A DNA stretch of 64,000 bases. It comes from an uncultured delta proteobacterium. GTDB taxonomy: Bacteria; Desulfobacterota; Binatia; JACPRU01. Made by a program: the position numbers and the translations under genes. Positions 9,363 to 17,256 of the stretch are shown here, in pieces. The DNA lies in assembly GCA_963745025.1 (NCBI GenBank), contig CAVUWD010000010.1, forward strand, positions 160,001-224,000, written 5' to 3'. The first letter of the stretch is position 1. Each line of letters opens with the position of its first letter. The notes below the pieces were generated by a model, which saw only the letters and a program-made list of their open reading frames with translations, was not told the origin of the DNA and made no database searches.

Positions 9363-10142
9363 TCAAAGGCCGTGCTCACGGAGAAATCTCAGCACGCGCT
9401 CGGAGCAGAAGCGAGCCGTATTCGGCTCGCTGTGCGGGCTGTGGCCTCCCTCCGGGACTGGTGCGAGCGTCGCGTGGCGGAGATGGCTCGCCAGCTCCTC
9501 CGGCTCGCTCGGCGGCGTGTGCGGGTCTTCTTCCCCGTACATCACGAGCGCCGGAGCCCGGATCGCTTCGAGCCGGCCTTCGTAGAAGTCGCCGCCGATC
9601 GCGTGGAATGCGAGCCACGCCCGACTGTGCATGGTGATGACCGTCCGCCAGCGCGCGTCGCCATGATCGGCGCGCAGACGCTCGATCCTGCCTTGCGAAA
9701 GTGAGTCGGGCTCGGCCGCGAACTTCGCGAAGAAATCCTTCGACTTCGCACGGTAGAAGTGGATCGCCTCGAGCACCAGCGCGGATACGCGCTCGGGGTG
9801 GCGAGCGGCGAAGAGCGCGGCGATGATCGCGCCGTCGCTGTGTCCCCAGAGGATCGCCCGCTCGATGCCGATCGCGTCGAGAACGTGTCCGAGCTCGATC
9901 ACTCCGTCGTCGTGATACGTGACCGGCAAGTCGTCGAGCGGCGTGGAGCGTCCGTAGCCGCGCCGGTCCGGAAAGATCATCCGGTAAGAAGAGCCGAGCA
10001 CCGCGACCGCGTCGTCGAACGGCATGACGCCGCGCCCCCAGCCGCTGTGAAGACAAACGAGCGGGGGGCCTTGGCCCGTCTCCTCGTACCAGATCCGCGC
10101 ACCGGGAATCTCGACGAAAGGCACGAGGTCAGCGGGCTCCAC
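9363..10142 (-). CDS. Alpha/beta hydrolase
   Basis: DRRGYGRS, GHSDG nucleophile elbow, GGHSPH. Confidence 0.9.
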   Translation of the reverse strand: MEPADLVPFVEIPGARIWYEETGQGPPLVCLHSGWGRGVMPFDDAVAVLGSSYRMIFPDRRGYGRSTPLDDLPVTYHDDGVIELGHVLDAIGIERAILWGHSDGAIIAALFAARHPERVSALVLEAIHFYRAKSKDFFAKFAAEPDSLSQGRIERLRADHGDARWRTVITMHSRAWLAFHAIGGDFYEGRLEAIRAPALVMYGEEDPHTPPSEPEELASHLRHATLAPVPEGGHSPHSEPNTARFCSERVLRFLREHGL

Positions 10143-10647
10143 TCAAGACGCCGTAGAGCCACTGGCCGATGACTCCCATGACCGGCGGGAGCAGGACTCC
10201 GGGCACGAAGCGAGCGAGAGTCAGCGGCCAGCCGAGCAGGGGCGCTTCGTACGTCAGCATGCGAATCGGGCTGACCAGCGTCTTCGCGGTCAGCAGGCTG
10301 ATCAGTGGGCCGGGCGCCGCGCCCTTTTCGAAGAGGCTCGCGACGACCGGGAAAAGGAGATACGGGCCGCCGGGGATCACGAGGCCGGCGCCCCAGCCGA
10401 TCAGGATGCCGCGCCCGGGGCGCTCGGCCCCGAGCCACTTCGATAGCGTGGGCGCGGGGATCAGCACGTCCATCAGGCCGGCGAAGAGGAAGCCGAGCAA
10501 GAGATCGAGCCACACGCCGCGGACGAGTTTCAGGCTCGCCTCCCAGCCGCGGAGCGGCAGCGCCGGATCCTTCCAGAACGCAACGCCGGTCGCGATCACC
10601 ACCAGCCCCAGCAAGACCACCAGGCTCGCGTCCACCCGCCGCCTCAT
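10129..10647 (-). CDS. Small permease (DUF318/ArsP-like)
   Basis: Hydrophobic; IPGGPY motif; ATGA overlap with the pqqE stop. Confidence 0.7.
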   Translation of the reverse strand: MRRRVDASLVVLLGLVVIATGVAFWKDPALPLRGWEASLKLVRGVWLDLLLGFLFAGLMDVLIPAPTLSKWLGAERPGRGILIGWGAGLVIPGGPYLLFPVVASLFEKGAAPGPLISLLTAKTLVSPIRMLTYEAPLLGWPLTLARFVPGVLLPPVMGVIGQWLYGVLSGAR

Positions 10648-11872
10648 CGCTCGCGATCGATTCTCATCGTGCGATACTCGTACGCGATCGCTCCGCCCGT
10701 GTCGGCGGCGGCGGCGCGCGCGGCTTCGACGAGCGCGTGATCCGGCGAGAGCGAGCAGACCGGATCGGTCGCGGTCGGATCTCCGGTCAAGTGAAACGCC
10801 TGGCAGCGGCAGCCGCCGTAGTCGACCGCCCTCCGCTCACAGCTCCGGCAGGGCTCGCGCATCCAGTCTTCACCGCGGAAGCGCCGGAAGCCGTGTGACT
10901 CGCGCCAGATCTCGCCGAGCGAGCGCTCGCGCACGTTGTCGAAGGGCGGCCCGGGAAGGGTGTGAGCCGCGTGGCATGGCAGCGCGAGCCCGTCCGGCGA
11001 GACGAGCACGAAGCGCCGGCCCCAGCCGTCCATGCAGGCCTTGGGGAAGGTCGCGTAGTAGTCCGGCGTGACGAACAGGACCTCCATCTTGCCCTTGAGC
11101 CGCTCGCGAGCCTCGCCAGCGACCGCTCGCGCGCGCTCGAGTTGATCGCGGCGCGGCAGCAACGCCGAGCGGTTGCGGAGCGCCCAGCCGAGATACTGCG
11201 CGTTGGCGAGCTCGAGACGGTCGGCGGCGAGCGACTCGGCGAGCGCGATCACCTCCGCGATGCGGTCGAGGTTCTGGCGGTGAAGGACGACGTTCAGCGT
11301 GAGCGGGAACCCGATCTCCTTGGCGCCGCGCGCGACCTCGAGCTTGCGCTCGAAGGAGCGGTGGCCGGCGATCGCATCCGAGGCCGCGGCGGTCACGTCC
11401 TGGATCGAGACCTGCACGTTGTCGAGGCCGGCGCCGCGGAGCTCGCGCAGGCGCTCGCGCGAGAGCGGTACGCCGGCGGTGGCGAGGTTCGTGTACAGGT
11501 CGAGCCGACGCGCGCCCGCGACGAGCTCGACGAGGTCGTCCCGCAGACAGGGCTCGCCGCCGGTGAACGACAGCTGCACGACGCCGAGGTCCTCGGCCTC
11601 GGCGAAGACGCGGAGCCAGGTCTCCGTATCGAGCTCCCGACGGTGGCGCTCGAGCTCGAGCGGGTTCGAGCAGTAGACGCAGCGGAGCGGACAGCGGTAG
11701 GTGAGCTCGGCGATCAGCGTGTAGGGACGGAGCTCGCTCGGTAGGGTAGCGGATTGCCTTTGATCGCGACCGGCGGGAGCGATCCGTGAGGTACGCTCGC
11801 TCGGTAGGGTAGCGGATTGCCTTTGATCGCGACCAGCGGGAGCGATCGTGAGGCGCGCTCTTCGGCGCTCAC
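10644..11872 (-). CDS. pqqE: PqqE radical SAM enzyme; 5' end interrupted by a 125-bp repeat insertion causing a frameshift
   Basis: ELTYRCPLRCVYCSNP (CxxxCxxC) lies in frame upstream of the tracked ORF; SPASM motifs CMDGWG, PCH and CRSC..GGCRCQA; GTG at 11872 overlaps the pqqD stop. Confidence 0.9.
11732..11860. repeat. Tandem repeat (63+62 bp) inside the pqqE 5' end
   Basis: GCTCGCTCGGTAGGGTAGCGGATTGCCTTTGATCGCGACC at 11732 and 11795; flanking GCTC direct repeat. Confidence 0.9.
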
Positions 11873-12153
11873 GGTACGCCCTCGACGACCAGGCAGCGCT
11901 CCGCCATCGTGTTCAGAAACTCGAGCACTTCGCGCTCGACCGTGGCGCGGTCTTCGGGCGCGTACCTCTGGAGCAGCCGCTCGACGATCTCGGCCACCGT
12001 GTGCTCGCCCGTACAGAGGTGCACGACGTCGGCCGCGGTCGGCGACAGCTCCAAGCCCTTCTCCGGAAAGAGAATCATCGTTCGCTCGCTCTTGCGATCG
12101 AAGCGCAGGCGCGCCTTGGCGGCGAGCCGCGGGCGGCTGGTGAGCGACATCAT
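11869..12153 (-). CDS. pqqD: PqqD peptide chaperone
   Basis: RPRLAAKARLRFD..ILFPEKGLEL..CTGEHTVAEIV; located between pqqC and pqqE with 4-bp overlaps. Confidence 0.9.
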   Translation of the reverse strand: MMSLTSRPRLAAKARLRFDRKSERTMILFPEKGLELSPTAADVVHLCTGEHTVAEIVERLLQRYAPEDRATVEREVLEFLNTMAERCLVVEGVP

Positions 12154-12872
12154 GGCGACAGGCGCGAACCGGGATCGATATAGGCGTGGTGCACGCAATC
12201 GACCAGGTGCCAGAGGATCTCGGTCTTGCGCACCAGCGCGGCGACGCAACGCTCCTGAGCCTCGTGGCTCGTCGCGTGGCTCACCACGAACTCGATCGCT
12301 TCCTCCGAGTCGCGCCGAGCGCGCGGCACGCGCGAGCGGAAATATTCGAGGGTCTCGGGCTTCACCCAGGGGTAGTGTTGTTCCCAGGCGAGCACCCGCC
12401 TGGCGAGCAGGTCGGGCGCGAAGAACTCGGTGAGCGACGAGGCCACGGCCTCGACGAGCGAGCGCTCGCGCACCAGCTCGACGTAGGCGTCGCAAGCGAA
12501 GCGCACCCCCGGCAACACGCCGCGGCAGCTCCGCACCTCGTCGCGGTCGAGGCCGACGCCGTCGGCGAGCCGCAGCCAGAGCTCGAGCCCCCCCTCGCCC
12601 TCGCGGTCGCCGTCGTGATCGCGGATGCGCCGCAGCCACATTCGACGAAACGCCGGATCCTCCGACTTCGAGACGATGATCGCGTCTTTGATCGGAATTC
12701 GCGTCTGATAGTAATAGCGGTTCCGCACCCATTCCTGGAGCTGGCGGCGCGTGAGCTTTCCCTCGTGCATGAGCAGGTGGCAGGGGTGGCGGTCGTGGTA
12801 GCGGGTTTCGCCCTCGCGACGCAGCCACGCGACGAACTCGCCCCTCGGCAGGGGTGCGCGCGATCCGCTCAC
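12150..12872 (-). CDS. pqqC: Pyrroloquinoline-quinone synthase PqqC
   Basis: RYHDRHP, WVRNRYYYQTRIPIKDA, RIRDHDG and ASSLTEFFAP motifs. Confidence 0.95.
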   Translation of the reverse strand: MSGSRAPLPRGEFVAWLRREGETRYHDRHPCHLLMHEGKLTRRQLQEWVRNRYYYQTRIPIKDAIIVSKSEDPAFRRMWLRRIRDHDGDREGEGGLELWLRLADGVGLDRDEVRSCRGVLPGVRFACDAYVELVRERSLVEAVASSLTEFFAPDLLARRVLAWEQHYPWVKPETLEYFRSRVPRARRDSEEAIEFVVSHATSHEAQERCVAALVRKTEILWHLVDCVHHAYIDPGSRLSP

Positions 12873-13792
12873 AGCTCGATCTCCATTCCGTCCTCGGCAA
12901 CCTCCCACCCGGCGGCGCGGACGGCCTCGGCCTCCGCCGAGTCCTCGCGGAGGATCGGGTTCGTGTTGTTCACGTGGATGAACATGCGCCGTCTCGCCTC
13001 GAGCGCGCGCAGCGCGGCGAGGCTTCCCCCGGCGCCGCCGATCGGCAGGTGCGCCATGTCTTCGGCGCGCTTGCCGCCGAGACCGAGGTCGACGAGCTCC
13101 GTCGCCGACCAGAACGTGCCGTCGAAGAACACGCAATCCGCGTCCTCGAGCGCGCGGTACACGCGGTCGGTGATCGCGCCGGCCCCCGAAACGTAGGCGA
13201 GCACACGGCGGGTCGCGTCGTCGCGGATCCGCAGGCCGATGTTCTCCTCGGGATGCTTCGGCTCGATGCCCTCTAGGTGAATCGGTGGCTTCCCCGGCGC
13301 GGCGACCGCGGCGATCGACAAGCCGCTCGGACGTTCGCCGTCGAGCACCAGGCGTGTCGCAGCGCCGTCGCAATCCAACCGGCGCCACGTCACCTGGCCG
13401 TCGAACCGCTGAAGCGTGCGGAAGAAAGCGTTGCGCTGCGAAAAGCCGCGCCAGACCGACTCGGTCGCATAGACCGTCAGCGCCTGAGACTCGCGCAGCA
13501 GGAGCAGGCCAAGGCAATGGTCGAGATCGCCGCTGGTCAGCACGATGCCCGCGATCGGAGAATGGCGGGGAGCGTGCGGGTGAAGCGCGGGGAAGCCTTC
13601 GATCTGCAGGCGGAGGTCCGGCGAGGCGTTCAGCAGGTACCAGTGCTCGCCGTCAGCACTGACGGCGAGGCATTCCTGGCTTCGGGGCTTGGCGCGAATC
13701 GTCGAGGCGCGGAGCCCCCGGCAGTTCGGACAGCCGCAGTTCCACTGCGGAAACCCGCCACCCGCCGCAGAGCCGAGGACCCGGATGCGCAT
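12869..13792 (-). CDS. pqqB: PqqB
   Basis: LGSAAGGGFPQWNCGCPNC, NASPD, FFDGTFW, MAHL and HVNNTNP motifs. Confidence 0.95.
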   Translation of the reverse strand: MRIRVLGSAAGGGFPQWNCGCPNCRGLRASTIRAKPRSQECLAVSADGEHWYLLNASPDLRLQIEGFPALHPHAPRHSPIAGIVLTSGDLDHCLGLLLLRESQALTVYATESVWRGFSQRNAFFRTLQRFDGQVTWRRLDCDGAATRLVLDGERPSGLSIAAVAAPGKPPIHLEGIEPKHPEENIGLRIRDDATRRVLAYVSGAGAITDRVYRALEDADCVFFDGTFWSATELVDLGLGGKRAEDMAHLPIGGAGGSLAALRALEARRRMFIHVNNTNPILREDSAEAEAVRAAGWEVAEDGMEIEL

Positions 13793-13885
13793 CTCGTCCC
13801 GGAACATTACAGACCTTCGTTCCGGCGGCGCGTCCGGGAGAAGGTCTGTCGAGTGTGGTGCAACGAGGAGAGCGGTCGGAAGCGA

Positions 13886-13990
13886 TCAGGATTCGACGCC
13901 GTTGAAGTCGTCGCGCTGAAAATCGTCCTGATAGGAGTTGATCTCGCAGTCCATTTTGATCTCGACGAAATCGGGTTTTTCCCAGGTCAT
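13886..13990 (-). CDS. pqqA: PqqA precursor peptide (34 aa; not in the ORF track)
   Basis: Translates as MTWEKPDFVEIKMDCEINSYQDDFQRDDFNGVES; WxKPxF and E-x3-Y core; directly upstream of pqqB. Confidence 0.92.
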   Translation of the reverse strand: MTWEKPDFVEIKMDCEINSYQDDFQRDDFNGVES

Positions 13991-13996
13991 GCCGGC

Positions 13997-14025
13997 ATCC
14001 TAAGAGCGGTCGCTCGCGGAGTCAA
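13997..14025 (-). promoter_or_regulatory. sigma70-type promoter for a leaderless pqqA
   Basis: TTGACT-17 bp-TAGGAT, then 6 nt to ATG; no Shine-Dalgarno. Confidence 0.7.
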
Positions 14026-14027
14026 CA

Positions 14028-14151
14028 CCGGGGACGTTCTTGACCTTCGTAACCTTCGTCGCACCTCTCTGCTTGCAGGGTTTCCTAGCCCGAGGGGAAC
14101 GCGATGAAGCTTACGTGCGATGAAGGTTACGAAGGTCAAGAACGTCCCCGG
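14028..14151. repeat. 124-bp element with 37-bp inverted repeats (MITE/REP-like)
   Basis: CCGGGGACGTTCTTGACCTTCGTAACCTTCGTCGCAC (14028-14064) and its reverse complement (14115-14151), 36/37 identical. Confidence 0.85.
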
Positions 14152-16099
14152 GGAGGTATTTGCGAATCGCCGTGATCAACTGCTCGCGCGTAACGGGCTT
14201 GGTGAGGAAACCGGTGCAGCCGTCGGCGAGAGAGCGTTCGAGCTTCTCGTCGAGGGCGTGAGCGGTGAGTGCGAGAATCGGCGTCGGCGGGTGGCGGCGC
14301 TCGGCCTCGAACTCTCGTATGGCGCGCGTCGCCTCGTAGCCGTCCAACACCGGCATCTGGAGATCCATGATCACGAGGTCGTACGGGTTCGATTGAAACT
14401 TCAGGACCGCGACCGCCCCGTTGTCCGCCGTGTCGAGCTGATACGGCGTGCGCTTGAGATAGAAGCCGAAGAGCGCACGGTTGTCGTCGGAGTCGTCGAC
14501 GAGAAGGATTCGGGCGGCGCGACGCTCGGGCGGCGATGGCTCGGATGTGCCGGGTGCGGGTGAATCGTCGCGACGCGGCGATCCCGACGTCGGTTCCGCG
14601 AAGGGCCGCTCGAGACGAACCGTAAAATGGAATCGGCTGCCGCGGCCGGGCTCGCTCTCCACCCACAGCCGGCCGTCCATGAGCTCCACGAGTCGCCTGG
14701 CGATCCCGAGCCCGAGGCCGGTGCCGCCGTACTGGCGGCTGATTTCGGGATCCGCTTGCTCGAAATCCTCGAAGACCGACGCGAGCCTCGCCGCGGGGAT
14801 GCCGATCCCCGTGTCGATCATCGTGAAGAGGATCATGCCGGGCACGAGATCGTTCTCCACGCGCGCCGTCACGCTCCCCTTTTCCGTGAACTTGATCGCG
14901 TTTCCGAGCAGGTTCAGGAAGATCTGCCGCAGGCGGTCTTGATCGCCCATGACGGTCTGGGGCACCTCGGGGAGTATGATCGCCGTCAAATCGAGGCCCT
15001 TCTTGGCCGCGGCTGGCTGCAGCAGCTGAACGACGTCGTTCACCAGCTCGTGAAGATGGAGGGGAGCCTTTCGCAGGTCGATGCGGCCGGCCTCGATCTT
15101 CGACAGATCGAGGACGTCGCCCACCAGCCCGAGGAGGATTCCGCTCGCTCGGCGCAGCATCTCGAGGTACTGCCGCCGCTCGGCTTTGACGGAGTTGTCC
15201 GCGAGCAGGTCGGTGATTCCGACGATCGTGTTGAGCGGCGTGCGGATCTCGTGGCTGAGATTGGCGAGGAATTCGCTCTTGGCGCGATTCGCGGCCTCGG
15301 CGGCGTGCCGCGCGCGGCGCAGCTCCTCGATGGCGCGCCGACGCTCGGTGACGTCGCGGAAGCTCCACACCCACCCGATCACCTTTCCCTCGAGCAAATG
15401 AGGAATCGACGAGCGCTCGTAGGTGCGACCATCGGGAAATTCGAGCAGGTCATACCCCTGCGCCTCTTCGCCGAGACGCTCGTCGAACCGACGACGCAGT
15501 CGCTGCGGATCGACGACCTGGGGCAGCATGAAATCCCGCAGCGCCTCGCCATCCTTCGCGTCGAGGAGAGAGCGAGGGACGCTCCACATCTCGACGAAAC
15601 GCCGGTTGTAGTGGACGATCTTTCGCGATTGGTCGAGCACCAGGATTCCGTCCGCGATCGACTCGAGCATTGTTTGCAGTAGCGAGAGCGAGTGCTGGAT
15701 CGCTTCCTCGGCGAGCTTGCGCTGGATCGAATAGCGGATCGTTCGTGCCAGCAGCGGAGCATCGAACTTGCCTTTGACGAGACAGTCTTGCGCCCCCTTC
15801 TCGAGCGCGTCGAGGGCGGCTTCTTCGTCCTCGACGCCGATGAGCACGACGATGGGTACGTGCGGCGCGCTGCGGCGCAGAGTCGCCACGGTCTCGGTTC
15901 CGTGGCTATCGTGAAGTGAGAGATCGAGAAGGACCACGTCGACGGTGTCCTTCGACAACCGAGCGATTGCCGAGCCGAGATCGCCCGCGACCTGGAAGCC
16001 GAAGCTGTCGTGAAGAACATCGCGCAGCATCTCTTCCACCAGACGCGCGTCCCCTGGATCGTCTTCCACGAAAAGAATCTGGCTCGGCATCGCCTTCAT
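14111..16099 (-). CDS. Hybrid sensor histidine kinase (REC-PAS-HisKA-HATPase-REC)
   Basis: FLANLSHEIRTPL H-box, NLLGNAIKFT, DTGIG, GGTGLGL; receiver domains at both ends. Confidence 0.95.
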   Translation of the reverse strand: MKAMPSQILFVEDDPGDARLVEEMLRDVLHDSFGFQVAGDLGSAIARLSKDTVDVVLLDLSLHDSHGTETVATLRRSAPHVPIVVLIGVEDEEAALDALEKGAQDCLVKGKFDAPLLARTIRYSIQRKLAEEAIQHSLSLLQTMLESIADGILVLDQSRKIVHYNRRFVEMWSVPRSLLDAKDGEALRDFMLPQVVDPQRLRRRFDERLGEEAQGYDLLEFPDGRTYERSSIPHLLEGKVIGWVWSFRDVTERRRAIEELRRARHAAEAANRAKSEFLANLSHEIRTPLNTIVGITDLLADNSVKAERRQYLEMLRRASGILLGLVGDVLDLSKIEAGRIDLRKAPLHLHELVNDVVQLLQPAAAKKGLDLTAIILPEVPQTVMGDQDRLRQIFLNLLGNAIKFTEKGSVTARVENDLVPGMILFTMIDTGIGIPAARLASVFEDFEQADPEISRQYGGTGLGLGIARRLVELMDGRLWVESEPGRGSRFHFTVRLERPFAEPTSGSPRRDDSPAPGTSEPSPPERRAARILLVDDSDDNRALFGFYLKRTPYQLDTADNGAVAVLKFQSNPYDLVIMDLQMPVLDGYEATRAIREFEAERRHPPTPILALTAHALDEKLERSLADGCTGFLTKPVTREQLITAIRKYLPGDVLDLRNLHRT

Positions 16100-16275
16100 C
16101 GGGATTCTCGTGGCAGCGGTGTGACGGTCATTCAGCCAAGAGTGGATTCGATATCTGCCCGGTTACGACGCCCCGATTTCGAAGGAGGAGGTCGCTCAAC
16201 TCCATTCATCCGTCGTCGAAATCCGACATCGTATCAGCGGACTCCTCTTTGCTACCATGAACACATAGCCTAGGA

Positions 16276-16291
16276 AGCATTGGCTATGCCA
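16276..16291 (-). promoter_or_regulatory. sigma-54 -24/-12 motif upstream of the hybrid kinase
   Basis: TGGCATAGCCAATGCT (GG-N10-GC). Confidence 0.5.
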
Positions 16292-16479
16292 GTTCCTCGA
16301 AATCAGAAAATCCTTTAGAAACCCAGTAATTTTCTGCCTGCAAATCCGTCAAAAACAGTGCGAGTCGTCAGGATTTTGTGCGCCGGAAGTTGATAGTTCG
16401 GCGAGTTCGGCGCCACCGGCTAGACACCGTGTCGATTCGGGGCTAGCACGCTGGAACCGTGCGTGCGCCGATTCGTCCC

Positions 16480-17055
16480 ATGCCGGATCCCATCTCGCGC
16501 TTCGCGAAGTTGTTCGCCGAGGCCAAGCGGCGGCGCGAGCCGCATGCCGACGCCATGGTGGTCGCGACCAGCACACCGAACGGCCGTGCTTCGGCACGCT
16601 TCGTCCTGCTGAAGCAGTTCGATCACCGCGGTTTTCTCTTCTTCACGGACGCACGCAGTCGCAAGGGAGAGGATTTGCGAACGAACGCCTACGCCGCCGC
16701 CGTCTTCTACTGGCACCGAACGGAGAAGCAGGTGCGAATCGCGGGGCGCGTCGAGCGAGCTTCCGACGACGAGATCGATGCCTACTGGGAGGGTCGGCCG
16801 AGAGCGAGCCGGATTTCGGCTCTCGCCTCACGGCAGAGCGCCGAGATCGTCAGCCGGCGCGAGTTGTTGGCCACCGTGCAACGCTTGCGACGTACGCTTC
16901 GCGGGCGGCCGGTGCCGCGGCCAGGGGCATGGGTGGGTTTCCGCATCGTCGCCGACCGTATCGAGATCTGGAACCGGCGCCTGCATCGCTTGCATCACCG
17001 CGAGCTCTTCGTACGCCGAGGAGACCGTTGGGAGCAGCGCCTGCTCCAGCCATGA
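16480..17055 (+). CDS. pdxH: Pyridoxamine 5'-phosphate oxidase
   Basis: SARFVLLK, SRKG, KQVRIAG, ASRQS, RLHHR and LQP motifs. Confidence 0.92.
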   Translation: MPDPISRFAKLFAEAKRRREPHADAMVVATSTPNGRASARFVLLKQFDHRGFLFFTDARSRKGEDLRTNAYAAAVFYWHRTEKQVRIAGRVERASDDEIDAYWEGRPRASRISALASRQSAEIVSRRELLATVQRLRRTLRGRPVPRPGAWVGFRIVADRIEIWNRRLHRLHHRELFVRRGDRWEQRLLQP

Positions 17056-17256
17056 AGGGAGCGCGCCAACCCGAAGCGAAGTGATCCGGGGGGCGAAACG
17101 GGGCAGGCTCGCGCCTGGCGCGGGCCGCGTCACGAGCGCCAGGTCTACCGCGATGCCGTCTTTTGGGGGGAAGGCTTCGAGAAAGAAGCTCGTGTGGCGG
17201 ACAAGCCAAGCGCGGGACCGCCGCGTTCGGGTCACGGAAGAAATTTCCGATCGAGG

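Noticed and set aside
11732-11856. CRISPR array
   Set aside because: Only two adjacent units, no unique spacers and no cas genes
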